Origin: Bellilinea caldifistulae
GTDB taxonomy: Bacteria; Chloroflexota; Anaerolineae; Anaerolineales; Anaerolineaceae
Assembly (NCBI RefSeq): GCF_001306055.1
Contig: NZ_LGHJ01000005.1
Location: 8,508-40,507 of the forward strand
Direction of reading: 5' to 3'
DNA: 32,000 bases
A model generated the notes under the pieces. That model was not told the DNA's origin. It worked only from the letters and a program-made list of their open reading frames with translations, and searched no databases. Of this stretch, positions 19,049-26,303 are shown in pieces; within the stretch, counting starts at the first letter, position 1, and every line of letters starts with the position of its first letter. Both the position numbers and the translations under genes were made by a program.

Positions 19049-19408
19049 TCAATTGTTCTTGGCGGAAGCGCTTTGAACAACTTCCAAAAATTGATCCAGA
19101 ATCTCACGCAGCATTCCCTCGGGCAAAGCACCCACCTGACGATGTACCACCTTTCCGTTGGCAACAAATAACATCGTAGGAATACCCTGAACGCCATAAC
19201 GCATTGCCCATTCGGGGTTCTCGTCCGTATTAACTTTTGCGACAATTAATTTTCCAGCATACTCCGCAGCAATTTTATCGAGAATTGGAGCAACCATTCG
19301 GCAAGGACCACACCATGGCGCCCAAAAATCAACAATCACCGGCAGATTTGACTGAAGAACCGTTTTTTCAAATGCCGCATCGGTTACATGCACTGGTTCT
19401 TTAATCAT
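19049..19408 (-). CDS. trxA: Thioredoxin
   Basis: 119 aa. 'VDFWAPWCGPCRM' active site (WCGPC). Purine-rich SD 'GAGAGGAGAGAGGA' upstream. Confidence 0.9.
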   Translation of the reverse strand: MIKEPVHVTDAAFEKTVLQSNLPVIVDFWAPWCGPCRMVAPILDKIAAEYAGKLIVAKVNTDENPEWAMRYGVQGIPTMLFVANGKVVHRQVGALPEGMLREILDQFLEVVQSASAKNN

Positions 19409-19497
19409 TCCTCTCTCCTCTCAATGAGTTTAGTATAGTATACCATTTGATAAAAATTCATGTAGAATTTGATGCATTTTCACCACAAAAGTTGCAC

Positions 19498-19548
19498 AAA
19501 AAACTCAGACCTCTCATTAAGGTGTGAAGTTGCCGGGAGAGGTCTGAG
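19498..19548 (-). terminator. Rho-independent terminator downstream of hsp20
   Basis: On the minus strand, a 12-bp perfect stem ('ctcagacctctc' / 'gagaggtctgag') with a 21-nt loop is followed by TTTTTT (the A-run at 19498-19503 on the plus strand). Confidence 0.65.
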
Positions 19549-19583
19549 ACAATTTCTCTCGTCTTCCTGATCACCGGTGATAA

Positions 19584-20024
19584 TCACTTAACTTTTACCG
19601 AGATCGTCTTGGGACGAACCTCCTCCACCTTGGGCAATATCAGCGTAAGTATACCATTTTCATACTCGGCTTTGGCTTTGTCCACATTGACAGTCACCGG
19701 CAACTGGACAGAACGGGTGATCATGCCGCTCCGACGTTCGCGGATATGATAGATGGCATCTTCATTGACCTTTTCTTCTTTAACTTCACCACGAATAGTG
19801 AGCACTCCATTTGCAACCGAAATATGGATATCTTCCGGTTTTACACCCGGCAGAACAGCTTTGACGACCACCTCATCATTGGTCTGATACATATCCAGCG
19901 CCATCCACTCATATCCGCGCCAGCCTTCTAATTGGCGAGTTAACATGTTGTCGAAAACTTGATCCATCATTGAACGCAGTGTTGCCATTTCGCGGAAGGG
20001 ATCAAAAACGGTCAGGTTTGCCAT
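19584..20024 (-). CDS. Small heat-shock protein (Hsp20/alpha-crystallin family)
   Basis: 146 aa. Alpha-crystallin domain ending in 'AEYENGILTLILPK'. SD GGAGG lies 6 nt upstream of the ATG. Confidence 0.9.
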   Translation of the reverse strand: MANLTVFDPFREMATLRSMMDQVFDNMLTRQLEGWRGYEWMALDMYQTNDEVVVKAVLPGVKPEDIHISVANGVLTIRGEVKEEKVNEDAIYHIRERRSGMITRSVQLPVTVNVDKAKAEYENGILTLILPKVEEVRPKTISVKVK

Positions 20025-20049
20025 AATCCACCTCCTTCAGAATCAATAA

Positions 20050-20088
20050 ATTCTTATGCTCTTATTTAACATCGAAGAACATAAGAAT
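20050..20088. promoter_or_regulatory. Inverted repeat in the hsp20 upstream region (candidate operator)
   Basis: 'attcttatg'-N21-'cataagaat' (9-bp perfect arms), located 26-64 nt upstream of the hsp20 ATG. It matches neither CIRCE nor HAIR consensus. Confidence 0.2.
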
Positions 20089-20129
20089 ACTGCATAAAAA
20101 TTATTAATGTTTTGTTGAAAAAATGCAGA

Positions 20130-20870
20130 CTAATCGGATGATTTCTTGGACGCCTCTCGCGAGAAGTCCACGAAGCGATAGCCCACCCCTCTTTCAGTGA
20201 GAATATACTTGGGGTTTGCCGGATCTTTCTCCAATTTTTGACGGAGATAGTTGATATACAATCTCACATAATGTGGCTCATCTCGATATTCGTAGCCCCA
20301 CACCTTTGAAAGCAATTGGTCATACGTCATGACCCACCCTGCATTTTGAACCAGATGATACAGCAGCCGATATTCTGTCGGACGTAATTTGACCAATTTG
20401 CCATCCACCCACACTTCTCGTCTGCCAAAATCAATTTTCAAACGATCGTCAATCTCATAGACTTCCTTGGAACCAAAACCGCTGGCTTCTGTTCGACGCA
20501 AAACAGCCCGAACCCGGCTAACCAGTTCCCTCGGACTGAAAGGTTTGGTTACATAGTCATCCGCACCCAATTCCAATCCACGCACCCGGTCATCCTCTTC
20601 CCCCTTCGCCGTCAACATGATCACCGGCACATTACTGATCTCCCGAATCATTTTCAAAACTTCAAAGCCATCCAGATCCGGCATCATAACATCCAAAATT
20701 ACGACATCCGGCATGGCATCTCTGAGTTGATGAATTGCTTCGAGTCCACGGTGCGCTTCCACCACCCTGAATCCATCATGTTCCAGATTCAAACGGATGA
20801 AGCGTGCCATTCGTTCTTCGTCGTCCACAACGAGAATGACGCGATTCTTAAAATCTTCATCTTGAGACAT
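20130..20870 (-). CDS. OmpR/PhoB-family response regulator (receiver plus winged-helix domain)
   Basis: 246 aa. Receiver residues are intact: 'VVDDEE', 'VILDVMMPDLDG', 'MLTAK', 'YVTKPF'. C-terminal Trans_reg_C region 'YRLLYHLVQNAG...TERGVGYRF'. No histidine kinase gene is adjacent. Confidence 0.9.
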   Translation of the reverse strand: MSQDEDFKNRVILVVDDEERMARFIRLNLEHDGFRVVEAHRGLEAIHQLRDAMPDVVILDVMMPDLDGFEVLKMIREISNVPVIMLTAKGEEDDRVRGLELGADDYVTKPFSPRELVSRVRAVLRRTEASGFGSKEVYEIDDRLKIDFGRREVWVDGKLVKLRPTEYRLLYHLVQNAGWVMTYDQLLSKVWGYEYRDEPHYVRLYINYLRQKLEKDPANPKYILTERGVGYRFVDFSREASKKSSD

Positions 20871-20874
20871 GGGT

Positions 20875-21114
20875 TTATTCCCTTACGAAGGTTATAATCT
20901 CTTCTTCCTCACTGGTCGGTAGAATTTCAATGAAGGTAATTCGACTCATCGGCCAAATCACCGTCGTAACATTCGGTTCAAGATAGTGTAAATCCTTGCC
21001 ATCCCTTTTTCTGGGATTTTTGAGGATAACTAAATTATCGGCGGGTGACGGTAAAGTGTCAACCTCACCAACGACGGGATCTTCATTTACAATGTGGAGG
21101 ATTAAGGTTGGCAT
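20875..21114 (-). CDS. Hypothetical 79-aa protein with acidic C-terminus
   Basis: The ORF fits exactly between the FHA gene (13-nt gap) and the regulator gene (4-nt gap) on the same strand. No motif I can assign. Weak Sm-like pattern 'VVGEVDTLPSPADNLVILKN'. Confidence 0.5.
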   Translation of the reverse strand: MPTLILHIVNEDPVVGEVDTLPSPADNLVILKNPRKRDGKDLHYLEPNVTTVIWPMSRITFIEILPTSEEEEIITFVRE

Positions 21115-21127
21115 TGCACCGTTCCGT

Positions 21128-21661
21128 TTATTTGTGAATAATCAATTGAAATTTTAACTTTCCCAACGCAATGACATCCCCATGCTTGACCGGATAATCA
21201 ACATGGGGCACAATTTTCTGTCCATTGACCCGGGTACCGTTAGCCGATCCCAAATCCATGATGGCTACCCGCTGCGATCCAATTTTGATTGCTGCGTGAA
21301 GTCGGGAAACCCCTTGCGTGTACGCTTCAAATTCAGATAAATCAACGTCCGGTAAAATGGGCTGCCCTTCGGCAATTCGCCCCAACGAAAACTCTGTCCT
21401 TCCGCTCAGGTGTATGGTTCTCCCCGAATCAATCATATGCAGAGATACAACCGGCTCCGATCCTTCGGCTACTGCTGTTTCAATTTTCACCTCTGGTATC
21501 GGCGCGCTGGAAAAAACTGCGCTTCCATTCAAAATATCCGAATTGACTTTTTCGAGATTTTGAGTGGTCAGCGTATCAACAGAAGTTAACTGGGCTCCAC
21601 ATTCACTACAAAACAAAGCACCCGGCAACTCCTGGTGCTGACAATTAGGGCATCGAATCAT
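21128..21661 (-). CDS. Zinc-ribbon plus FHA domain protein
   Basis: N-terminal 'CPNCQHQELPGALFCSECG' (CxxC-N12-CxxC). C-terminal FHA signature 'FSLGR...GVSRLHAAI...DLGSANGTRVNG'. The ATG overlaps the upstream stop (ATGA at 21658-21661). Confidence 0.85.
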   Translation of the reverse strand: MIRCPNCQHQELPGALFCSECGAQLTSVDTLTTQNLEKVNSDILNGSAVFSSAPIPEVKIETAVAEGSEPVVSLHMIDSGRTIHLSGRTEFSLGRIAEGQPILPDVDLSEFEAYTQGVSRLHAAIKIGSQRVAIMDLGSANGTRVNGQKIVPHVDYPVKHGDVIALGKLKFQLIIHK

Positions 21662-23133
21662 GACTCCCTCCTTGCCGGACTGGGCAATAAAAACAACGCT
21701 CGTGTGCCATACTTAATCTTCTTATCCCCTTCTTTACTGAATGAATGGGTTCTCTGAATATGATCCGCCTCAACAAGAACCGTTTTCGCCAGTTCACGAT
21801 CTCCCTGTGCAAGCAAATGCGTCGCCAAATGCTGCAAATGGCGCGTTGCTTTCCCAATATCTCCTGCCAATACTTCCAGCCGGGCCTTTTCCTGCAACCG
21901 ATAGAGGGTAATCTTTGACATTGCTTGAAGGATGGAAGTAGGGGGTTTCTCCGTCTGCCAATTCTCTCTGGTCTGTCGGGTAAGATGGATCGGATAACGG
22001 CCAAACGGATTCGCCAGGGATGGAACCTGCATTTGAATATGCCCTCTTAATAATTCAACCTCAATTTGGGTGCTGGAGAGAGGAGGTAGTTTGAATTCTA
22101 ATATGATACTGGTTTTTTTTCCATACTCAATTGTACCCAAAGGTATGGGCGATTCATTGCCAAGTGGCGTTATATCCGGATGAATGCGAAATACATAGCG
22201 GAGCTCGATACCTTCAGCCAAATTAAAAAACCATTCGATTTTTCTCGCGTAACTGACGGAAATTGATTTGATTTTATTTTCAATAAATTGGGTTAAGTCC
22301 TCATTACGGCTAACATAAATCGCATTTCCTCCGCTTAAAGCCGCAATCCGATCCAGGAAAATATCGTTCCATTCGTCCCCTATTCCCAGGGCATTGATGG
22401 GCACACCTTCCTCTCTGGCCTGAGCGGCCAGATCAATGCAATTTTGTTCATCTCCGTAGGTATGCCCATCCGTAATTAAAATCAGCTGTTTAATCATTCC
22501 TTCCCGGCTAAACCGTTGAATGAGGTCATAGCCGGTAGAAAGACCCTGGAAGATTTCTGTCGCCCCTCCAACCTGCAATTTACTGATCACACCATCCACT
22601 GCCGCCGGATCTTCCAGCTCTTTCGGGGGCAAAATCACCTCAGCCCGATCACTGAATGCCACGATGGACAACCGATCCTTTGTTCTCAACTTCCTTGCCA
22701 GGTAGATGATATTTTGCCGCACCATGTCAATACGATCACCTCGCATAGAGTTAGACCGATCTACAACCAGGCAAACATGAATGGGTGGCAGGTCTTTGGG
22801 ATCAGGTTGTTTGGGTGTGTCCAATTCCATCAGGACGTAAAAGAGTTGAGGCTCTTCCAACAATGGAATTTGTGACCGCCCGTAGGTGATCGAAATATTA
22901 ACCGCCGGCAATTCTTTTAACTCCGCCGGGAGTTGTTCATCATAGGCTGTGCGTTTTTTAGGATTAGAAAGTACCTCGTAGGCTTCCTGGATTTGTAAAA
23001 ACTTTTGTTTGGCAAATGGATCGGGATTAACATCCGGATGAAAACGTCGAGCAGCCTCGAAGTACGCCGTCCGGATTTCTTCCGCACTGGCATTGAAAGG
23101 CAATTCGAGGACTTGATAAAAAGTCGTTTTCAT
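21658..23133 (-). CDS. J-domain (DnaJ N-terminal) / von Willebrand factor A fusion protein
   Basis: J domain 'FYQVLELPFNASAEEIRTAYFEAARRFHPDVNPD...AYEVLSNPKKRTAYD' with an HPD tripeptide. vWA domain with a complete MIDAS ('VVDRSNSM', 'GGATEI', 'ILITDGHT'). About 200 aa of unassigned C-terminal region. Confidence 0.85.
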   Translation of the reverse strand: MKTTFYQVLELPFNASAEEIRTAYFEAARRFHPDVNPDPFAKQKFLQIQEAYEVLSNPKKRTAYDEQLPAELKELPAVNISITYGRSQIPLLEEPQLFYVLMELDTPKQPDPKDLPPIHVCLVVDRSNSMRGDRIDMVRQNIIYLARKLRTKDRLSIVAFSDRAEVILPPKELEDPAAVDGVISKLQVGGATEIFQGLSTGYDLIQRFSREGMIKQLILITDGHTYGDEQNCIDLAAQAREEGVPINALGIGDEWNDIFLDRIAALSGGNAIYVSRNEDLTQFIENKIKSISVSYARKIEWFFNLAEGIELRYVFRIHPDITPLGNESPIPLGTIEYGKKTSIILEFKLPPLSSTQIEVELLRGHIQMQVPSLANPFGRYPIHLTRQTRENWQTEKPPTSILQAMSKITLYRLQEKARLEVLAGDIGKATRHLQHLATHLLAQGDRELAKTVLVEADHIQRTHSFSKEGDKKIKYGTRALFLLPSPARRES

Positions 23134-23143
23134 TCTTTAACTT

Positions 23144-24079
23144 CTAGAAATACTGAACTAGAACCACACTGATATTGTCTGGACCTCCAGCAAGATTAGC
23201 GGCATCCACAAGATTTTTACAGGCAACGGAGGGATTGCGGGCACTGGCAATGATTTGGAATATCTCAGCTTCCGGCACCACTCCCCATAAGCCATCGCTA
23301 CAAATCATCAAATACCCTGGATGAGGCATTGGTAAGGATTGAATATCTGGACGGAACGGCTCGGCCTGACCGAGGGCACGATAAAGTACATTTCGATTGG
23401 GATGGACGGAAGCCTCCTGTTCGGTGATTTGACCCAATTCAACCAGGCGGCGCACCAGCGAATGATCCTGGGTTATCAACTGCATTCTACCATCCGGAAA
23501 TATAAAATAGGCTCTGCTATCTCCCACATGAGTAATTGTTACCTGTTCGCCAATTACCAGCGCAGCGGTCAGAGTCGTTCCGCCGCCCGGAGCGCGGCGA
23601 GTGACAGATTGTTGGGCTTTTGCAACCGCAATCTCCATGACCTCTTGTAGGCTTTCGCCACTTGATTCTCCATCCACACTGATGTGAGGAAGGTAAATTT
23701 TGCTCAGGATGGTTTCTACCACAGCTTTTGCAGCCACACTGCTGGCAACTTCACCATATTCATACCCTCCCATTCCATCCGCAACAACGAATAACCCGAA
23801 AGGTATTTCATTATTCCCGTCAGCAAGGACGGCAGAAAGGGAAAATAAAGCATCTTCATTATGTTCCCGCTGCCTGCCAACCGATTGACCACAACCCACC
23901 AGAAAGTGAGGAGGGGACATGGAAACCGTCGGGATAGAAACAACCTGTAATTGCTCCTCAGTTAATGGAGCAGTTTGAATATTCTCCACCAAGGGGCGGG
24001 TTTGAATACTATCTTTTTTTTCACGACCAAAGAGATTCTTTATAAACTTAAGCACTATTCCTCCAAAAATTCCCGCCAT
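23144..24079 (-). CDS. PP2C-family Ser/Thr protein phosphatase
   Basis: 'REHNEDALF', 'VVADGMGGYEYGEVAS', 'MICSDGLWGVV' and 'GGPDNISVVLV'. The ATG immediately follows the kinase stop codon (TGA|ATG). Confidence 0.9.
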   Translation of the reverse strand: MAGIFGGIVLKFIKNLFGREKKDSIQTRPLVENIQTAPLTEEQLQVVSIPTVSMSPPHFLVGCGQSVGRQREHNEDALFSLSAVLADGNNEIPFGLFVVADGMGGYEYGEVASSVAAKAVVETILSKIYLPHISVDGESSGESLQEVMEIAVAKAQQSVTRRAPGGGTTLTAALVIGEQVTITHVGDSRAYFIFPDGRMQLITQDHSLVRRLVELGQITEQEASVHPNRNVLYRALGQAEPFRPDIQSLPMPHPGYLMICSDGLWGVVPEAEIFQIIASARNPSVACKNLVDAANLAGGPDNISVVLVQYF

Positions 24080-25897
24080 TCATACCAAAATGGCGTAGAA
24101 AATGTGGTCTGCTGAACCAAAATAGACCGTATCGTTGAAGATCAATGGGGTACTTGTAATCGGACCTTCTGTTGCAAATTTCCAACGCAAGCGCCCGGTC
24201 TTCAACTCCAGACAATACAAATTTCCATCCGCCGAACCACAAAAAACCATCTCTTTATGCACAATCGGCGAACCACTCACCTGATGATTAGTCTGGTATT
24301 TCCAGATTTCACGGGAATTATTGGCATCAATGCAATAAATGTTGCCATCGGCTGAGCCGAAGAGCAAATAATGATCCATCCGGTACGGCGAAGATACCGA
24401 GCCTTTCATCATGCGATAGCGCCAAATCACCCAGCCACTTTTTGCATCCAGCGCATAAACCGATCCGTCCAGAGAAGTGAAATAGACAATTCCCTGGGCA
24501 ACCAGCGGCGAAGAAGTGATCGCTCTTTTAGCGCGAAACCGCCATTTTAGCTGACCTCGAAAATCAACACACAAAAAATCTCCACCTTCATTTCCAAAAT
24601 AAATCAGGTCATTGACGACCGCCGGTGAAGAGCGAATCGCCATCCCGGCATCTACTTTCATCACTCGCCGCATGGATAAAATGTTGACGCCGTACAGGAA
24701 GCCATCATCACATCCAAAAAATACATGCCCCTCAACGATTTTCGGAGAACTACGGATAGGGCTTTCCAACGGCAGGGTCCACGCCATTTTACCGGTCTTT
24801 GGTAGAATGGCATATAAATTCCCATCCTCAGACCCAACAAAAATCAAATCGTTGGTAATAGCCGGACGGGTGACGATTCCCCCATTGGTTGGAAATTTCC
24901 ATTTGAATTCACCGTTGGTCGCATCCAGGGCGTATAAATTGTGATCGTAAGAGCCAACATAGATGATCCCATTGTCATAGGAAGCCGAGCCCCGAATTTC
25001 ATCCTCACAGCGGAAAATCCAAATCGGTTTGACAACCTGTTCAGAAACTACCGCGGGCAGACTGATTCGAGATAAGGCACCGGTCTTCTTGGCTGCATTT
25101 AATAAGGCTTCTTTCATCGCTGCGGCAGATTGAAACCGCTCTTGCGGCGAATATTTCAAGGCTGTTTGGATGACGGTTTCCAGTTCGATACTCACGGCTG
25201 GATTGATTTGTCGAATCGGACGTTCCGCAAAGGAGAAAGGCGGTTCCATGCGAGGATCCCGTTTTGTAAGTAAATGATGCAGGGTTGCTCCTAATGCATA
25301 AATATCCGCCAGCGGCGAAGCTTCCCCTCGATACTGCTCTGGTGGGGAATACCCCTCCGTACCGATCATGGTTCCTTTTTGACCTTCACGGAACATTTTT
25401 GCAATCCCGAAATCAACCAGAACTACATGTCCTTGCTGGTTGATCATCACATTCGAAGGTTTCATATCCCGAAAGATAATCGGTTCCGGCTTGTGATTAT
25501 GTAAGTACTCCAGCACATCACAAATCTCAATCGCCCAACTAATGACTTTATCCTCAGGAATTGGCCCTTCACTTTCGTTGAGGATCGCCTCTAAATCCTT
25601 CCCATTAATGTATTCCAACACCAGATAGGAGCGTTCTTCGTGAGAAAAGTAATCAAAGATTTTTGGAATGGATGGATGATTGAGTGTAACCAGAATATTG
25701 GCTTCACGTTCGAAGTTTTGCACCACCGTTTGACGCACCAGCGGATCGCGTGCCTGATTGATCATCTCCTTGACTGCAACAAGTTTTATCACATTGGGAA
25801 AATGCAGATCGCGAGCCCGATAAACCGAGCCCATGCCTCCAACCCCGATTACATCTTGTATTAAGTACCGATCAACCAGAACAAAACCTGTCTGCAA
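24080..25897 (-). CDS. Hanks-type Ser/Thr protein kinase fused to an 8-bladed PQQ-like beta-propeller
   Basis: 'IGVGGMGSVYRA', 'VAVKEM', 'IIFRDMKPSNVMI', 'LVDFGIAK' and 'GTEGYSPPE'. Eight repeats of the type 'G.VY.GS.DG.LYALD..TG...WKF' follow. No TM segment separates the two domains. The only available start codon is the TTG at 25897. Confidence 0.9.
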   Translation of the reverse strand: MQTGFVLVDRYLIQDVIGVGGMGSVYRARDLHFPNVIKLVAVKEMINQARDPLVRQTVVQNFEREANILVTLNHPSIPKIFDYFSHEERSYLVLEYINGKDLEAILNESEGPIPEDKVISWAIEICDVLEYLHNHKPEPIIFRDMKPSNVMINQQGHVVLVDFGIAKMFREGQKGTMIGTEGYSPPEQYRGEASPLADIYALGATLHHLLTKRDPRMEPPFSFAERPIRQINPAVSIELETVIQTALKYSPQERFQSAAAMKEALLNAAKKTGALSRISLPAVVSEQVVKPIWIFRCEDEIRGSASYDNGIIYVGSYDHNLYALDATNGEFKWKFPTNGGIVTRPAITNDLIFVGSEDGNLYAILPKTGKMAWTLPLESPIRSSPKIVEGHVFFGCDDGFLYGVNILSMRRVMKVDAGMAIRSSPAVVNDLIYFGNEGGDFLCVDFRGQLKWRFRAKRAITSSPLVAQGIVYFTSLDGSVYALDAKSGWVIWRYRMMKGSVSSPYRMDHYLLFGSADGNIYCIDANNSREIWKYQTNHQVSGSPIVHKEMVFCGSADGNLYCLELKTGRLRWKFATEGPITSTPLIFNDTVYFGSADHIFYAILV

Positions 25898-26179
25898 TTG
25901 TTTGACAGGTCCTTGTCCTCCGCTAAAACTTTGAGTGATACGATGAGTATCCAGTTTAACCTCCCGGGACCGGAATCACCTTTCCCCCGAAAACACAATG
26001 TTATTAATCAAAGCCAAATAAGAAATCTTTTGAAATGCAAATGAAGAAGGGGTAGGATCAAACCTTTCGTATTGTTAAAATTATATCTACAAAACATCAT
26101 TTTGCAACCAAAATACTCCTTTCATTCTCCAAACAAGTTTTCATTACCTTTCTTTACAAACTGGACGACGCCTCGGTTT

Positions 26180-26208
26180 TTGACTACAATCAAACTAATC
26201 TATGATAT
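26180..26208 (+). promoter_or_regulatory. Candidate sigma70-type promoter upstream of the glnA leader
   Basis: TTGACT (26180-26185), then N15 to TATGAT (26201-26206) or N17 to TGATAT (26203-26208). Spacing is suboptimal for the better -10, so this is only a candidate. Confidence 0.3.
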
Positions 26209-26226
26209 CAACCCTTCCAGACAAAT

Positions 26227-26269
26227 GACTTTTTCTCAAGGATTGCCCCTTGAGGGAAAGTCGTTTTTT
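26227..26269 (+). terminator. Intrinsic-terminator-like hairpin in the glnA 5' leader (candidate attenuator)
   Basis: 15-bp stem 26227-26241 / 26248-26262 (13 Watson-Crick pairs plus 2 G-U pairs), 6-nt loop 'attgcc', then G plus TTTTTT (26264-26269). It ends 34 nt before the glnA ATG. Confidence 0.55.
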
Positions 26270-26303
26270 GTTCAACAGTCCTTACAATAATCAGGAGAGG
26301 GAA

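Noticed and set aside
20130-25897. Classifying the STK/PP2C/FHA/vWA block as a T6SS threonine-phosphorylation pathway or as a vWA-MoxR-type ternary system.
   Set aside because: The window contains no T6SS structural genes, no MoxR AAA+ ATPase and no recognisable effector domains (nuclease, protease, TIR and similar). The resemblance is limited to the shared domain vocabulary.
26074-26091. TnrA/GlnR-like half-sites 'TGTTA...TACA' upstream of glnA.
   Set aside because: The spacing is wrong: the layout is TGTTA-N9-TACA, versus the consensus TGTNA-N7-TNACA. A GTA...TAC pair in the same region is 16 nt apart rather than the 8 nt of an NtcA site.
26072-26290. 72-aa plus-strand ORF in the STK/glnA intergenic region.
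   Set aside because: Low-complexity, Phe/Leu/Pro/Thr-rich translation of AT-rich DNA. It has no SD and runs straight through the terminator-like hairpin. It is more likely non-coding leader or promoter DNA.
26250-26303. TTG-initiated 18-codon extension of glnA.
   Set aside because: The TTG lies inside the hairpin's right arm. The ATG at 26304 has a strong SD and starts at the expected position for GS-I.
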